Assembly: GCF_032191835.1 (NCBI RefSeq) | Contig: NC_083237.1 | Coordinates: forward strand, 9,610,001-9,674,000 | DNA: 64,000 nucleotides | Source: Heteronotia binoei | Lineage: Eukaryota | Direction: 5' to 3' | Shown: in pieces, positions 46,801 through 58,398 of the stretch | How positions within the stretch are numbered: position 1 is the stretch's first letter | How the letters are laid out: each line of letters opens with the position of its first letter | Notes under the pieces: model-generated | Database searches by the model: none | What the model saw: the letters and a program-made list of their open reading frames with translations, nothing else | What the model was told of the DNA's origin: nothing | Program-made: the position numbers and the translations under genes

Positions 46801-49800
46801 GACTGAGAGAGTGCGACTGACCAAGTCACCCAGAGAGTACAAGTCAAGATTTAAAAAATCATATCTTTAATTGTGATTGTCTGTGTCCTTTATAAAGTTT
46901 ATATCTCTGCTACCTTACATTGCATTTTATGAACATGTGCGGCTTGTTTGTCAGATCCAGCCCTCTTAACAATTGTGTTTGACACCCTTGACATAGACCC
47001 ATTTGCTTAAAGATACACAAAGGAATGAAGGGCAATTAAGAACACTAAGAGAACACCTAATAAAAAGAAAAGTCTTCACCCTCTAGATGAAGAATAATGA
47101 TAGAAGGGACAAATAAATCTCCCTGGGGAAAGAATTAAGGATAGCGCCACAACTAAAAGTCCTGTTCTTGGGTTCCCACCCATCTACCACATAACTTGGT
47201 GTCTCCCAAGCCAGGGCCTTCAATAATAGCTCTAGTGGTTAGATTGCTGCATGTGGAAGTAGAAGGTACTTGGACAGTGAAACACTGATACGTTATCTGT
47301 TCCCCCCTTTAAATTAGCTTCACCCATTTCTTCAAGGCATTTCATTTAACAACTCGGCTGGAGAAAAAGTGTCTTTTAATGAGAACATGGAAGTGGAGTC
47401 TGGTTTTGATATAACGAACCTGGTCACATTCCCAAACAAATCTTTCCTTCGAGTGAAAGTTGGACATTTAGAAACTGATTGTTTGGAATGCAACAAATTA
47501 GTTATTCGTGAAGATCTAATTGTGTGGCAAAGGAATTTTAGCCAGGTATGTTGTTGTTGTTGTTGTTGTTGCAGAGAACTAACGTTCAATCAGTTAATTC
47601 ACAGAAAAATGCTTTAGTGTGTCTTGATCTGGCTACAATCCAAATATGAAGAAGAAGAAGATATTGGATTTATATCCCGCCCTCCACTCCAAAGAGTCTC
47701 AGAGTGGCTCACAATCTCCTTTATCTTCCTCCCCCACAACAGACACCCTGTGAGGTGGGTGGGGCTGGAGAGGGCTCTCACAGCAGCTGCCCTTTCAAGG
47801 ACAACCTCTGCCAGAGCTATGGCTGACCCAAGACCATTCCAACAGGTGCAAGTGGAGGAGTGGGGAATCAAACCCAGTTCTCCCAGATAAGAGTCTGCAC
47901 ACTTAACCACTATACCAAACTGGCTGTCCACACATGAACTCCACATATGAACTTTCACATATTTAAAACAAGCAAACCTTAAAGCAAGGTATATTAAAGT
48001 GGCAAGTATATATATTCTAGTCAGGATTTGAAAATGTTTTTGGATTATTTGTACGCATGAAACAACAGATCATCATTATATAGACATATTTTTTACCGTC
48101 AACTCACAACTGACATGGGGACAGTGTATGTCTTTCAAAGCAATGCACCTTAACATGTGGTTTGCCATTGCCTGCCTCTGTGCAGCAACCCGAGCATTCC
48201 TTGATCCTTATATTGACCAGGGCTGACCCTTCTTTGCTTCTGAGATCAGAAGAGATTGGGATAGCCTGGGCCATCCAAGTCAGGGTTTAATTTCCATGTC
48301 TTCATCTTATAGCGGAAGAAGTGGGCATGTACACGAAAGCTTTGTTGGTCTTAAACTTCGTTGGCGTCAAACTTTGATCTGCTGCTTCAGACCAACGTGG
48401 CTACCCACCTAAGGTTATCTTCATTTTAATACATATTTGTTATGGAGGCCAATAATTTTGTTCCCCCATTAGGTACAAATGAAGAACGTCTACTTGTCCA
48501 CTCTTGTTTGTGCAGGAGAAAAGCACTGGGCTGAATTTATTGTTGGCAGTTTGTACATTTTCCTCATCAATCCAATTGATATTTAAAAAAATGAGACTTG
48601 ATCATAAAACACCTGCTTTTGCATTGTTCCATTTCATCTGCATTGTTTGTTTAAGAAACCACTTCTTGAAACTTAATGGAATGCCTCATCAATTCTACAC
48701 ACACACACACACAATCATATGACCTGATAGCATAACACTGGCTTTTAAATTGTTCCATTTTATCTCCATTGCTTGTTTGCATACTACCTCTTTAAAATGT
48801 AAAGGAATGCCTGAATTCTCCCAACCCAAATTTGCTTCATGTGTGGATAGGTGCCGCCTGTTTCTGTATGTAATGACTACTGTCCCCCTGGTTACCTGAT
48901 GAAAAAGAAGAAAGGGGAGAAATTTTGCTGCTATGACTGTGCTCCTTGCCCAAAAGGGAAAATTTCAGACCAAAAGGGTAGGTGATTTAGGAGGTTTATC
49001 TATGCTCACATTTCTGGGAGTAAGAGTCAGTTTGGTGTAGTGATTAAGTGTGCTGACTCTTATCTGGGAGAACTGGGTGAACTGGGAGGCAAAGAAGAAG
49101 AAGAGGAGGAGGTTGGATTCTTAGAGCAGTTTACAATCTCCTTTCCCTTCCCTTCCCCACAACAAAACACCCCGTGAGCAATGTTCCCTCTAAGCTGCAG
49201 AGTCTTGTGAGAAAAAATTCTACTTTGTGAGCTACTGGCATGAAAGTTGTGAGCTACTGAATAAATCAGTGTTTTCTGGGGTCATCCCTCCTATGCTCAG
49301 ACAAAAATGCGTGAGCTGGAGGTTAAAAATCTGTGAGCTAGCTCATGCTAACTCATCTTAGAGGGAACACTGCCTGTGAGGTAGGTGGGACTGACAGTCC
49401 TCTCCCAGAACTGCTCTTGAGCAGAACAGCCTTGAGAGAACTTGTGGCTGATCCAAGGTCATATCAGCAGGTGCATGTGGAGAAGTGGGGAATCAAACAT
49501 GGTTCTCCCAGATAAGAGTCCGTGCACTTAACCGTTAGACCAAACTGGCTCTCTAATCAAACCACCTTTCTCTGGAGATCTCCAATCCTGCTCTAATCAT
49601 GACTCACAAAAGAAGCTTTGACTCTCAAAAGCTTATACTATGATACTGTTGCTGGTCTGTCATGTGCTATTAGGTGGAAGTCTAATTGCTTTATGTTAGG
49701 CCAGAATGGCTACCTTCTGAAAATAATTAAGAAGTGTCAGAAAAAAATGTTATGCCTTTTTATGTGATCACTTTTTTGTATTTTTGCATTTTTTGTGTCT

Positions 49801-51128
49801 GTGTCTCTGTGTGTGTACACACCCCTGTGCTTAAATGTCATGGTGACCTCTGGCAATTCTTACAAGGGCATGGATAACATTCAGAGAAGTGGCTTAATAG
49901 CCTGCCTCGGCCTCCCAAGCTTGGTATTCCTTGGAGGCCTCCCATTCAAATACTTCCTAAGGTTGCCCAGCTTAGATTCCAAGATCTGAGAAGATAAAGC
50001 TTGCTTGGGCTATCCAGGTTAGGGAGGTGAACACTTGCACATATCAAATCAGCAACCAGATGTCAACATGGAGAGAGTTCGCACACTGTTGTGATATCAC
50101 AGAAGATCACAGAATCATAGAATGGAAAGGAACCTCCAGGTCATCTAGTCCAACCACAAAATGGAAATTGGTTTTAAGTAACACGTCGTCTATAATTGAG
50201 AATCCCTTTCTTCCTTTTGTTTTCAGGCATGGATGACTGTTTCAAATGCCCAGATGATCAATATCCAAGCAAAAATCAAGATCATTGTATTCCCAAGAGG
50301 ATAACCTTTCTATCTTATGGAGAACCTCTAGGGATTGGTTTAGCCTTGGTAGCAGGCTGTTTCTCCTTCATCACAGCTTTTGTACTTGTAATTTTTATTA
50401 AACATAAAGATACACCAGTAGTCAAAGCCAACAACAGGGATATTACATACCTTCTGCTCATCTCCCTTCTCTTTTGCTTTCTCTGCTGTTTCCTGTTTCT
50501 AGGGCAACCAAGGAAGGTGACCTGCTTCCCCCGTCAATCATCGTTTGCCATTATCTTCTCAGTGGCTGTTTCTTGTGTCTTGGCCAAAACCATCACTGTG
50601 GTTTTTGCTTTTATGGCCACAAAACCAGGGTCCAGTATGAGGAAGTGGGTGGGGAAAAGAATGAGCAACTCCATTATCCTTTCCTGCTCACTTACTCAAG
50701 CAGGCATTTGTACAGCATGGCTAGGAATCTTTCCCCCTTTCCCTCAGTTGGACACACGTTCATTGAAGGAAGAGATCATAGCAGAATGTAATGAAGGGTC
50801 TGTGACCATGTTTTATATTGTTCTGGGCTACATAGGACTTTTATCTCTTGTAAGCTTAACTGTGGCATTCCTAGCCAGGAAGCTGCCAGACAGTTTTAAT
50901 GAAGCCAAGTTCATCACCTTCAGCATGTTGGTGTTTTGTAGTGTCTGGGTGTCCTTTATTCCAACTTATCTGAGCACCAAAGGAAAATACCTGGTGGCCG
51001 TGGAGATCTTCTCTATCTTAGCCTCCAGCGCAGGGTTACTGGTCTGTATCTTTTGCCCCAAATGTTACATCATTCTTCTGAAGCCTGAGCTAAACAAGAA
51101 AGAGCAATTATTTAGGAGAAAGGATTAA
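40839..51128 (+). CDS. Vmn2r: V2R gene C, complete and intact (2625 nt, 874 aa)
   Basis: Exons 40839-41050, 44103-44394, 44923-45786, 47318-47545, 48851-48977, 50227-51128. Signal peptide [24 protein letters not shown], Cys-rich domain, 7[23 protein letters not shown]. The exon sum is divisible by 3 with no internal stop. Confidence 0.95.
41180..41468 (-). mobile_element. Sauria SINE, near full length
   Basis: (ACCTTT)-type tail on the minus strand; TSD-like CAC(G/A)GTGAA; empty site in paralogue D (CATGGTGAAGGCTAG near 58730). Confidence 0.85.
41845..42085 (-). mobile_element. Sauria SINE, 5'-truncated
   Basis: Homologous to 41180-41400. Confidence 0.85.
43090..43720 (-). mobile_element. 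L1-clade LINE 3' fragment (ORF2 C-terminus)
   Basis: ORF 43702-43265 [28 protein letters not shown], typical of the L1 ORF2 Cys/His C-terminal region. Confidence 0.75.
44418..44575 (-). mobile_element. Bov-B (RTE) LINE 3' end
   Basis: GTTGTTCAGTC..GTCCGACTCTTTGCGACCCCATGGAC..CACGCCAGGCC matches the recalled Bov-B 3' terminus in reverse. Confidence 0.85.
45865..46107 (+). mobile_element. Sauria SINE
   Basis: GGTTGACTCAGCCTTCTATCCTTCCGAGGTCGGTAAAATGAGTACC..GCTTGCACAGGGGACCTTTCCTTT. Confidence 0.85.
46200..46600 (+). mobile_element. tRNA-derived SINE (composite, with duplicated tail)
   Basis: Body 46296-46552 plus partial tail copies on either side. Confidence 0.8.
47645..47925 (-). mobile_element. 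tRNA-derived SINE in V2R-C intron 4
   Basis: Reverse complement of the common SINE; flanked by a CCA(A/C)ATATGAA duplication. Confidence 0.88.
48155..48285 (-). mobile_element. 5S rRNA-derived SINE (SINE3-like), degenerate; further copies near 35665-35725 (+), 49885-50025 (-) and 63925-64000 (-)
   Basis: TATTGACCAGGGCTGACCCT..GCTTCTGAGATCAGAAGAGATTGGG resembles the reverse complement of 5S rRNA (TACTAACCAGGCCCGACCCTGCTTAGCTTCCGAGATCAGACGAGATCGGG). Confidence 0.7.
49179..49372. mobile_element. hAT-type MITE nested in a minus-strand tRNA-SINE (about 49095-49552)
   Basis: TIR CAATGTTCCCTCTAAG/CTTAGAGGGAACACTG; TSD CCCGTGAG/CCTGTGAG. Confidence 0.88.
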
Positions 51129-52819
51129 AGACTTCAGTTGGCCTAGAATATATTTCAAACTGTTCAGTTTTACTCACAAGTTCAGAATAAGTGCAATATG
51201 TAGCAATGGAACAAGAGTGAACAATGCTAAATAAAGCCTATGACTATATGATTGCTCCTTCCTCACTTATGTGTTTTCTTAGCATAACTGATAAACTGAA
51301 TGTTCAGAATTCAAGCAACTCTGCTGTTTGTTGTATCTTCCCACTTTGGTCATCTGTACTTATAAAACCTTTTGGTCTTTGATACCTTGTGGTTTGCATG
51401 CCTCTTCTTTTATCTTTGAAAGGCTGCACAAGGGATGCTTCCTACGGATGAGTGTAAAATGCCCTGGAGTCCTATTGCTCAATTAAAACAATATCATGTG
51501 TCCCTTGACCTGTTCGTTGGATTGAATTTCATTCCAAACATGAATCTGACCAAGCTGGACTCTGAGATGATGCTGGCACTTTGGGAAATCTTTAAGTGTC
51601 TGAAATGGAATGGATTTCTTCTCAGTTCCACATAGTATTCATTTAAAGCTATTAAAATATGTATGTGTCATTTAATGTAATTGATAATTCCAAGATTGAA
51701 AATATGCACCCAGCAATGCGCAAATGGAAGTATAAATGGTTTTAGTGCAGTTCTGCTTGCATAAGATCTTGTGCAACACCTAGCATCTCCTCCCTATACA
51801 TTAGAACACCCAGAAATGGGTTGCACAAGGTCTGTTCGAAAGCAAACACTAGTGGGGATATAGTAACATTAACTTAGTGAAAGCGGCTACAACCGTCTTT
51901 TTTTGTTTCTCTGCTTGTGCAAGATCACAAGTGCAAGCAGAAATTTTGCAACTGATGCTACCTGTATGAATTATACTAAAAACCTTATTAAACCTTCATC
52001 CCCCAAGAAAATGCCTACAGGTTAAACCCAATCAAAAATCATTCCAAATAAAATAAATGTGCAGCATCTCTTAAAACTTTTTAAAGGCAGTGAATACAAG
52101 AACAAAGGGCAGTGACCCCCTTACCTTCTCAGGGAGCCTGTTCCACAAAGTAAGGACCACTCTAGAGAAGGCTAGGATCTACTAGATTGCAGATAGGAAA
52201 CCTTAACTAGGGAAGCAACTAGAAACAGGAAACCAGAAGAATACAGTTAGCATGTAGGGATTTGTGGAGAGAGACAGTTCTTCAGGTGTCCACAGTATTC
52301 GTAGACACTAGGGGAAATCGACAAAAATGGAAAGGGGGACCTCTAGAGTAACTGATTGGACACTGAGTAAGATGGGATGGGGGTCTAGATACACCATGGC
52401 TCTGATCCAGCAGGGCTCTTCTCATGTGATGCAACATGTTAAGAACAGTCAAACTGCAAACTGTCCATCTTCAACAATTTACAATCGGTTGCAAATAGCT
52501 TCAGATGTGGAAGCATGCTGGTCTGCCATAGAAAGGCAAGACTACTGCAACTGAATCAACTTGACCTGTCCTGAGAAAAAGACATGCGGCTCACTGACCT
52601 CATTATTCAGCTTTCCAATTCTGAGCAGTTGACAGACTTTCTAACATTTTCCCCACAAAAAAGGGAAAATAATCAAAACATATAAAGCAGACGGATGGAA
52701 ATCTTCGTCATGCCATTGTTGCAACATAGGTGAAAGTAATTTTAAAAGGATTATGGAACACACACAGCTTATGCAACATTGCAATCTAACAACTGCAAAT
52801 AGAATTCATAGGTCTATAG

Positions 52820-53156
52820 CAGGGGTGGCCAAACTTGCTTAAGGTAAGAGCCACATGGAATAAGCTTCAGGTGTTTGAGAGCTGCAAGACATGAACGTCA
52901 GATGCTTGAGAACTGCAGGCAGGAAAAGAGGGAAGGCGGGAGGAAGACAGAAAGATAGATGGAAAGAACTGGAAAGAAAGCAACTAACTTTAAGTGCATA
53001 CTCCAAGCCACTGGCTGGTTTGGTTTGGAGAAGTGATTTGAAGAGACAAATGCCTTCTTCAAGCTGGCTGATGGGGTGGGAGTGGAGCTTTGAGAGCCAC
53101 ACGGTATGTGCGAAAGAGCCACATATGGCTCCCGAGCCACAGTTTGGCAACCCCTG
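52820..53156. mobile_element. hAT-type MITE (CAGGGGTGGCCAAAC family)
   Basis: TIR CAGGGGTGGCCAAAC/GTTTGGCAACCCCTG; TSD GTCTATAG/GTTTATAA. Confidence 0.8.
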
Positions 53157-53409
53157 GTTTATAAGAACAGATTTAAGCTTCCATTGCATACTCCTGCTAA
53201 AATACATCTAATGCAGTTTTCAAGTTTATCTAAAACTATACTGCTATACAATTTAACAATAACGCCTTACAAGATTTATAGACAAGGTTTGCTGAAAAGC
53301 ATAGTCAGTTTGATGAAATGTAATTCCCCTGCACCTTCACTGTCAGATGCCAATAAGCATCTGGGCTTTTATCCCTCAGGTGACAGCTTGATGCATTCTG
53401 ACATACAGA

Positions 53410-54953
53410 AGGCCGGTCTCAAATTTGCCCTTCTTGGGCAAACTTATTGAGAGGGCAGTGGCGAGGCAGCTACAGACTTTCCTGGAGGACGCTTCCGTCC
53501 TTAACCCACTCCAGTCCGGCTTTCGCCCAGGTCACGGGACGGAGACGGTGTTGGTTGCCCTGGTAGATGACCTTCAACGGCATCTGGATTGGGGTGGCTT
53601 GGCAGTGCTGATGCTGTTGGACCTATCGGCGGCGTTTGATACGGTTGACCATCGGTTACTGACTTGCCGCCTCGCCGACGCGGGGATTCAGGGGCTGGCC
53701 TTGCAGTGGCTTTCCTCTTTCCTTGAAGGTCGGGGACAAAGGGTCACGATTGGGGGGGGAGCTATCCCGGAGGCACACACTTAATTGTGGAGTGCCCCAG
53801 GGAGCGGTTCTCTCCCCAATGTTATTTAACATCTATATGCGACCTCTTGCCCAGATTGCCCGAAGGTATGGGCTGGGGTGTCACCAGTATGCTGATGACA
53901 CCCAGCTCTATCTACTTATGGACGGCCAACCAGTCTGCGCCCCAGAAAATCTAGATCGGGCACTACAGGCCATGGCTGAGTGGCTCAGACTGAGTGGACT
54001 GAGACTGAATCCTGCGAAGACAGAGGTCCTTTGTTTGGGCCGTTGTAGACCGGGGGGGGGGGGGAAATCCCCCTGCCGGCTTTTGACGGTGCGCCGCTGA
54101 CGGCGGCAGACAAGGTCAAGAGCCTGAGGGTGCTACTGGAGCCGTCCCTAAAGATGGAGGCTCAGATAGCAACCACTGCCAAGTCCGCGTTTTTTCATCT
54201 TAGACGGGCAAGGCAGTTGGCCCCCTTCCTGGACCGCGACGACCTAGCAACAGTGATCCATGCTACGGTCACCTCGAGGTTGGATTACTGCAATGCCCTC
54301 TACATGGGGCTGCCCCTGTGCTGGACCCGAAAATTGCAGCTGGTGCAGAATGCCGCGGCCCGGCTGTTATTGGGCCTCCCAAGGTGGGGGCACATTCGGC
54401 CGGGTCTTCGGGCTCTGCACTGGCTTCCAATAACATACCGAGTCCGGTACAAGGTGCTGGTTATTACCTTTAAAGCCCTATATGGCCTGGGACCTGCATA
54501 CCTGAGGGACCGTCTCTCCCCACATGTTCCCCAGAGGGTACTGAGGTCTGGGACTCAAAACCTTCTCACCATCCCTGGGCCTAAGGAAGTCCGTCTCAAG
54601 ACAACCAGAGACAGGGCCTTCTCTACAATGGCCCCCACATGGTGGAACCAGCTGCCGGAAGAGGTGAGGGCCCTGCGGGATCTTACTCAGTTCCGCAGGG
54701 CCTGTAAAACAACCCTCTTCTGGTTAGCCTACGCCTGACTAGATAAAGCTAGCTTATCAGATTTTAGTGAAATATACTGCATACTTTAATGTTAAGATTT
54801 TAAGATTTTTAGATTTTTAAATGCTTTGACTTTTTAAATGTAATAACTCTGTACCTTGTTTTATTGTTTATCATTTGCTGTGAGCCGCCCTGAGCCATTT
54901 TATGGGAAGGGCGGGATATAAGTTATGGAATAAATAAATAAATAAAATAAATA
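53410..54953 (+). mobile_element. L2-clade LINE, 5'-truncated; reverse transcriptase with frameshifts
   Basis: Three frames (53425-53784, 53723-54100, 54130-54738): QSGFRPGHGTET, LLDLSAAFDTVDH, GVPQGAVLSP.LF, YADDTQLY, RAFS.MAP.WWN; (TAAA)n tail. Confidence 0.95.
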
Positions 54954-55451
54954 AGAAGACCAATCTTGAAGAATAAGTCATATATTTTATTTTATTTTAT
55001 TGTAGCATGATGCAAAATGAACCAGTGAAATATTTCAGAGGCAGAGAACAAATAGACCGTCATTTATTAGGACTCATCAATGTAATGCTGTAAAGGTGCC
55101 AAAATGAGCCTGGGATGAATAGGGTGTTCTTTGTGATTGAAACAAGATATTGATATGAGAAGAGTTTGCCTAACAATTGGATTCTCCAATGAAATACTGC
55201 GAACTCGAATGGACAAGACTTGCTCAAGCCAATGATGGTATATTACAATTTTCTGCTGATGTCATACCTGGTCTAAAATCCTGGTCAAGCATTGTAAACC
55301 CTGTAGACTGCTCTGGCTCTGAGGGTCTTAACTCTCTGTATTCAGATACTCTCCCATGTTCATTAATTAATAAACATATATTTTATTCCATTTATCAGGA
55401 GCTCTGCATGTAACTCTTAGGGATCAAGCTCAGGGACACCTGAGCCTCAGT

Positions 55452-57012
55452 TTGCACCCCCATTCGGAATAAAGAGGCAGACAAGAATGTTGGGAAAAAT
55501 GGGCCAGTTTATTAACTACAACTCAACACGGCAAGGTAACAGTAGTAGGACGAGCCCTGAGGTCTTCTCCTGACCCCGCCAAGTCCTACGAAAGGGCGAG
55601 CCACCCTTTCCCCAGCCCTAGCCATACTAATGTGGCTAGAACTGGGCCAGCAGACCACACATGCCCTCCCCTTACCCCCGTCCCGATCACCAGAAGGAGG
55701 CGACCAAGGGGAGGCATGAAATCCGATCCGAATTCCATGACATTGAGCCGTAAAGCCCATCTGCCTTTCCTACGGATCGCTTGCACAACACAGGTGCGAG
55801 GCCTGGGTGCTCACCGGCAAGGTCTAAACCCCTTGCTCATTCTGCCAATGCCAATGCCAAGCCTCTGCTTAGGCATTCGCGACCCCCGGGAGGTCCAGAG
55901 CCTCCCAAAGACCTTGCCACAATTCGCCCAGGAAGGCCCGATTTCCCGCATTGGACAGATGAACACCATCTGGCCGGTAAAACTCCACCCTGTCCACCCT
56001 GATTCCAGGGTGGGGAAGGAAGGTACCCAAACCATCTTCCAAGGCCAACCGCAGGGCCCTATTTGCTTTCCTTCTGGCCTGCTTGATCCCAGCAGGATCC
56101 CAAGCGGCACGCCAGACTCTCCGAGGCAGTATAGCAGACTAGACAATCCGAACCCCGGGCCACCTTCGCACAATGGCCCACAGATCCTCAACTGCCTGCA
56201 AAGACAGGGCCTTCCCCTTCATCAGGCCCAGGTCATTCCCACCAAGGTGGACGACCAGTATATGGGGCGGGGGACAGGCCCTTCCACAAAACAGCAACAG
56301 CAGCAGCCCAGACCATCTGAGGCCCCATCGCCCCAACCACTCGACCATAGCCCACTCGCTCAGCCCCAACTGTGAGCCGATCGATGATCTTCTGGCAAAG
56401 TGGGCCGCCCAGAAAATCACGCTGTGCCCGCATATGAGGATCCGCAGCCTCCCATGATGAGCCACAGCACCTGGAATGAAAAACATTGTCACATAACTGA
56501 ACATCAACCAAACAACACAATTCCTGTAGGGGAGCAACAATGGACACACATAGGTCCGATATGCTCCCACTGAACCCGACAAATACTGGGGGGGGGGAGT
56601 GTGAGAGAAAGGGTGGAGAAGCCAGACGCTCCTCAATCCACCCCCCAGCCAAAGCCCCTAAGGCCACACACCACCCCATCCGGGCCCTCTGCCCGCCAGC
56701 CAACGCTCCTACCAAGAGCCAACAGGCTCGAAGACGCCGACTGAAAGCTCCCACAACGTCCCGCTCCATGGCCGCCAGCCGACTGTCAGGCTTCCCGGCC
56801 CTGACACAGCCCTGCATACAGATCGCAGTTGAAGGCAGCTAAACGTGCCTTCGACTGCTCCCAAAAGCTCCCTGCAACTGTACAGGGAGAGGCCCAACAA
56901 GAACACCTGGATGCCCGGGAAAGGGAGCCTCTGCATCCTGGCGGGGATGCAAAAAGCGGCCTCGTGGTGCGCAGCTGCTTTCGCGGCACGGCCGGGGTGG
57001 GGTCGAATTGTG
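55452..57012 (-). mobile_element. About 1.55-kb element carrying an SGNH hydrolase ORF; DIRS/Ngaro-type affinity suspected
   Basis: Both termini match the short elements at 2081 and 59212; contains the SGNH ORF; no TSD seen; no RT or recombinase motif recognised. Confidence 0.65.
55869..56450 (-). pseudogene. SGNH/GDSL hydrolase ORF with one in-frame TAG
   Basis: One frame: ILICGHSVIFWA (block I Ser), GRWGLRW (block II Gly), VHLGGNDLG (block III), TAG at 56141-56139 where Trp is expected (VRIV*SAILPRRVWR), YRPDGVHLS (block V DxxH), stop TAA at 55871-55869. Confidence 0.85.
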
Positions 57013-57204
57013 TGGTGCAGTATGATGGAAGTAAGGTTTTACTATAACAATTATAATTCAAGGAACATTTTATGGTAGACGCTGGGCTGTTATAATTTAG
57101 TACACCTTCAGATGGTGTCAGGGGTATGTGGCATATGCAAATGAGTTGTGCTAATTAGCTCTGGCACCTCTTTTTCTACAAAATCACCCCTGCTGTCAAC
57201 ATAT

Positions 57205-57386
57205 ATGAACATATGAAGCTGCCGTATACTGAATCAGACCTTCGGTCCATCAAAGTCAGTATTGTCTACTCAGACTGGCAGTGACTCTCCAGGGTCTCAA
57301 GCTGAGGTTTTTCACACCTCTTTGCCTGAGCACTTTTTAGTTGGAGATGCCGGGGATTGAACCTGGGACTTTCTGCTTACCAAGCA
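57205..57386 (-). mobile_element. tRNA-derived SINE (second family)
   Basis: Minus strand TCTGCTTGGTAAGCAGAAAGTCCCAGGTTCAATCCCCGGCATCTCC (B-box GGTTCAATCC) followed by a non-tRNA body. Confidence 0.7.
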
Positions 57387-57623
57387 GACAACTTATGGTA
57401 ACCTTATGAATGAATGACTTCCAAAATGTCCTTGTGAGGTTCCTCCCTTGAAACCCCTACTTGTTGGCCTTCATTCTGTTCAACCTCTGGGAGACATGCC
57501 AGGACTCAGAATGGATCAATGTTGCAAATCAACCATTAATAGAGTCCTGGGCTAACCCATCAAAATGTTGTAAAAATATAGTTTTGGTGCTATGAACATT
57601 CAACAGGAAGACAATCCCATAAC

Positions 57624-57839
57624 CAGTGTTCCCTCTAAGCTGAGTTAGCATGAGCTAGCTCACAAATTTTTAGCCTCCAGCTCACACATTTTTGTCTTAG
57701 CTCAGAAAAAATGGCCCCAGAGCACAATAATTTATGTAGTAGCTCACAACTATAAGGTCAGTAGCTCACAATTTTAATTTCAGTAGCTCACAAAGTAGAA
57801 TTTCTGCTCACAAGACTCTGCAACTTAGAGGGAACATTG
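57624..57839. mobile_element. hAT-type MITE (CAGTGTTCCCTCTAAG family)
   Basis: Perfect 8-bp TSD CCCATAAC; empty site upstream of paralogue C near 40275-40295. Confidence 0.92.
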
Positions 57840-58398
57840 CCCATAACAGCACACCATATCCCCAGTCAAACTCGTTGCATCATATTGAGCTTTAACACTC
57901 TTTGCTCACCCATGGGAATCTGGAGCCCATTTTGTTGACCCTCTCTAAGTGACCAAAGAAACTTCTGCCCAGTTCTAGGGGTAAAAAAACCCTGTTCTTG
58001 TTACATGGTCGCCACTTGTGAACTCAAATTCTGCAGGCCATCAATTATCTCCACCTGCAATTGTTTGGATTACTGCAATTAATTTTTCGGCCCCAAGTTC
58101 CTGGGGCTTTTCAGAAATGCCCACAAACAATCTGAGAGTAGTAATAATAATAATAATAAAGCCTTTGTGCCAATGAGAGCTGGGGAAGAGAGGAGGGGAG
58201 GTAGCACTTCTTAGTTCACTTTTTCTGCTTTGATCAAACAGACTTGAGGTTAGAGTCCCTGTAATCTCAGCAAGCATTCAAGACCTGCATTTATAATGGG
58301 TAGTTTTTGAGGCAAGAACAGGTACCATTCAAGGTAGCCTGACGGACTGTAGATGAGCATGGGACAGTCAGCATCTAGGGAGAAGTTCTGATACCAGG

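Noticed and set aside
48155-48285. 5S rRNA gene
   Set aside because: Too degenerate, attached to a non-5S body and present as dispersed copies: a 5S-derived SINE.
55632-56375. 247-aa plus-strand Pro-rich ORF
   Set aside because: It is the antisense shadow of the GC-rich SGNH ORF and has no recognisable domain.
57330-57386. tRNA genes at SINE heads
   Set aside because: A- and B-box-like motifs are present but no complete cloverleaf is evident, and each continues into a repeated SINE body.
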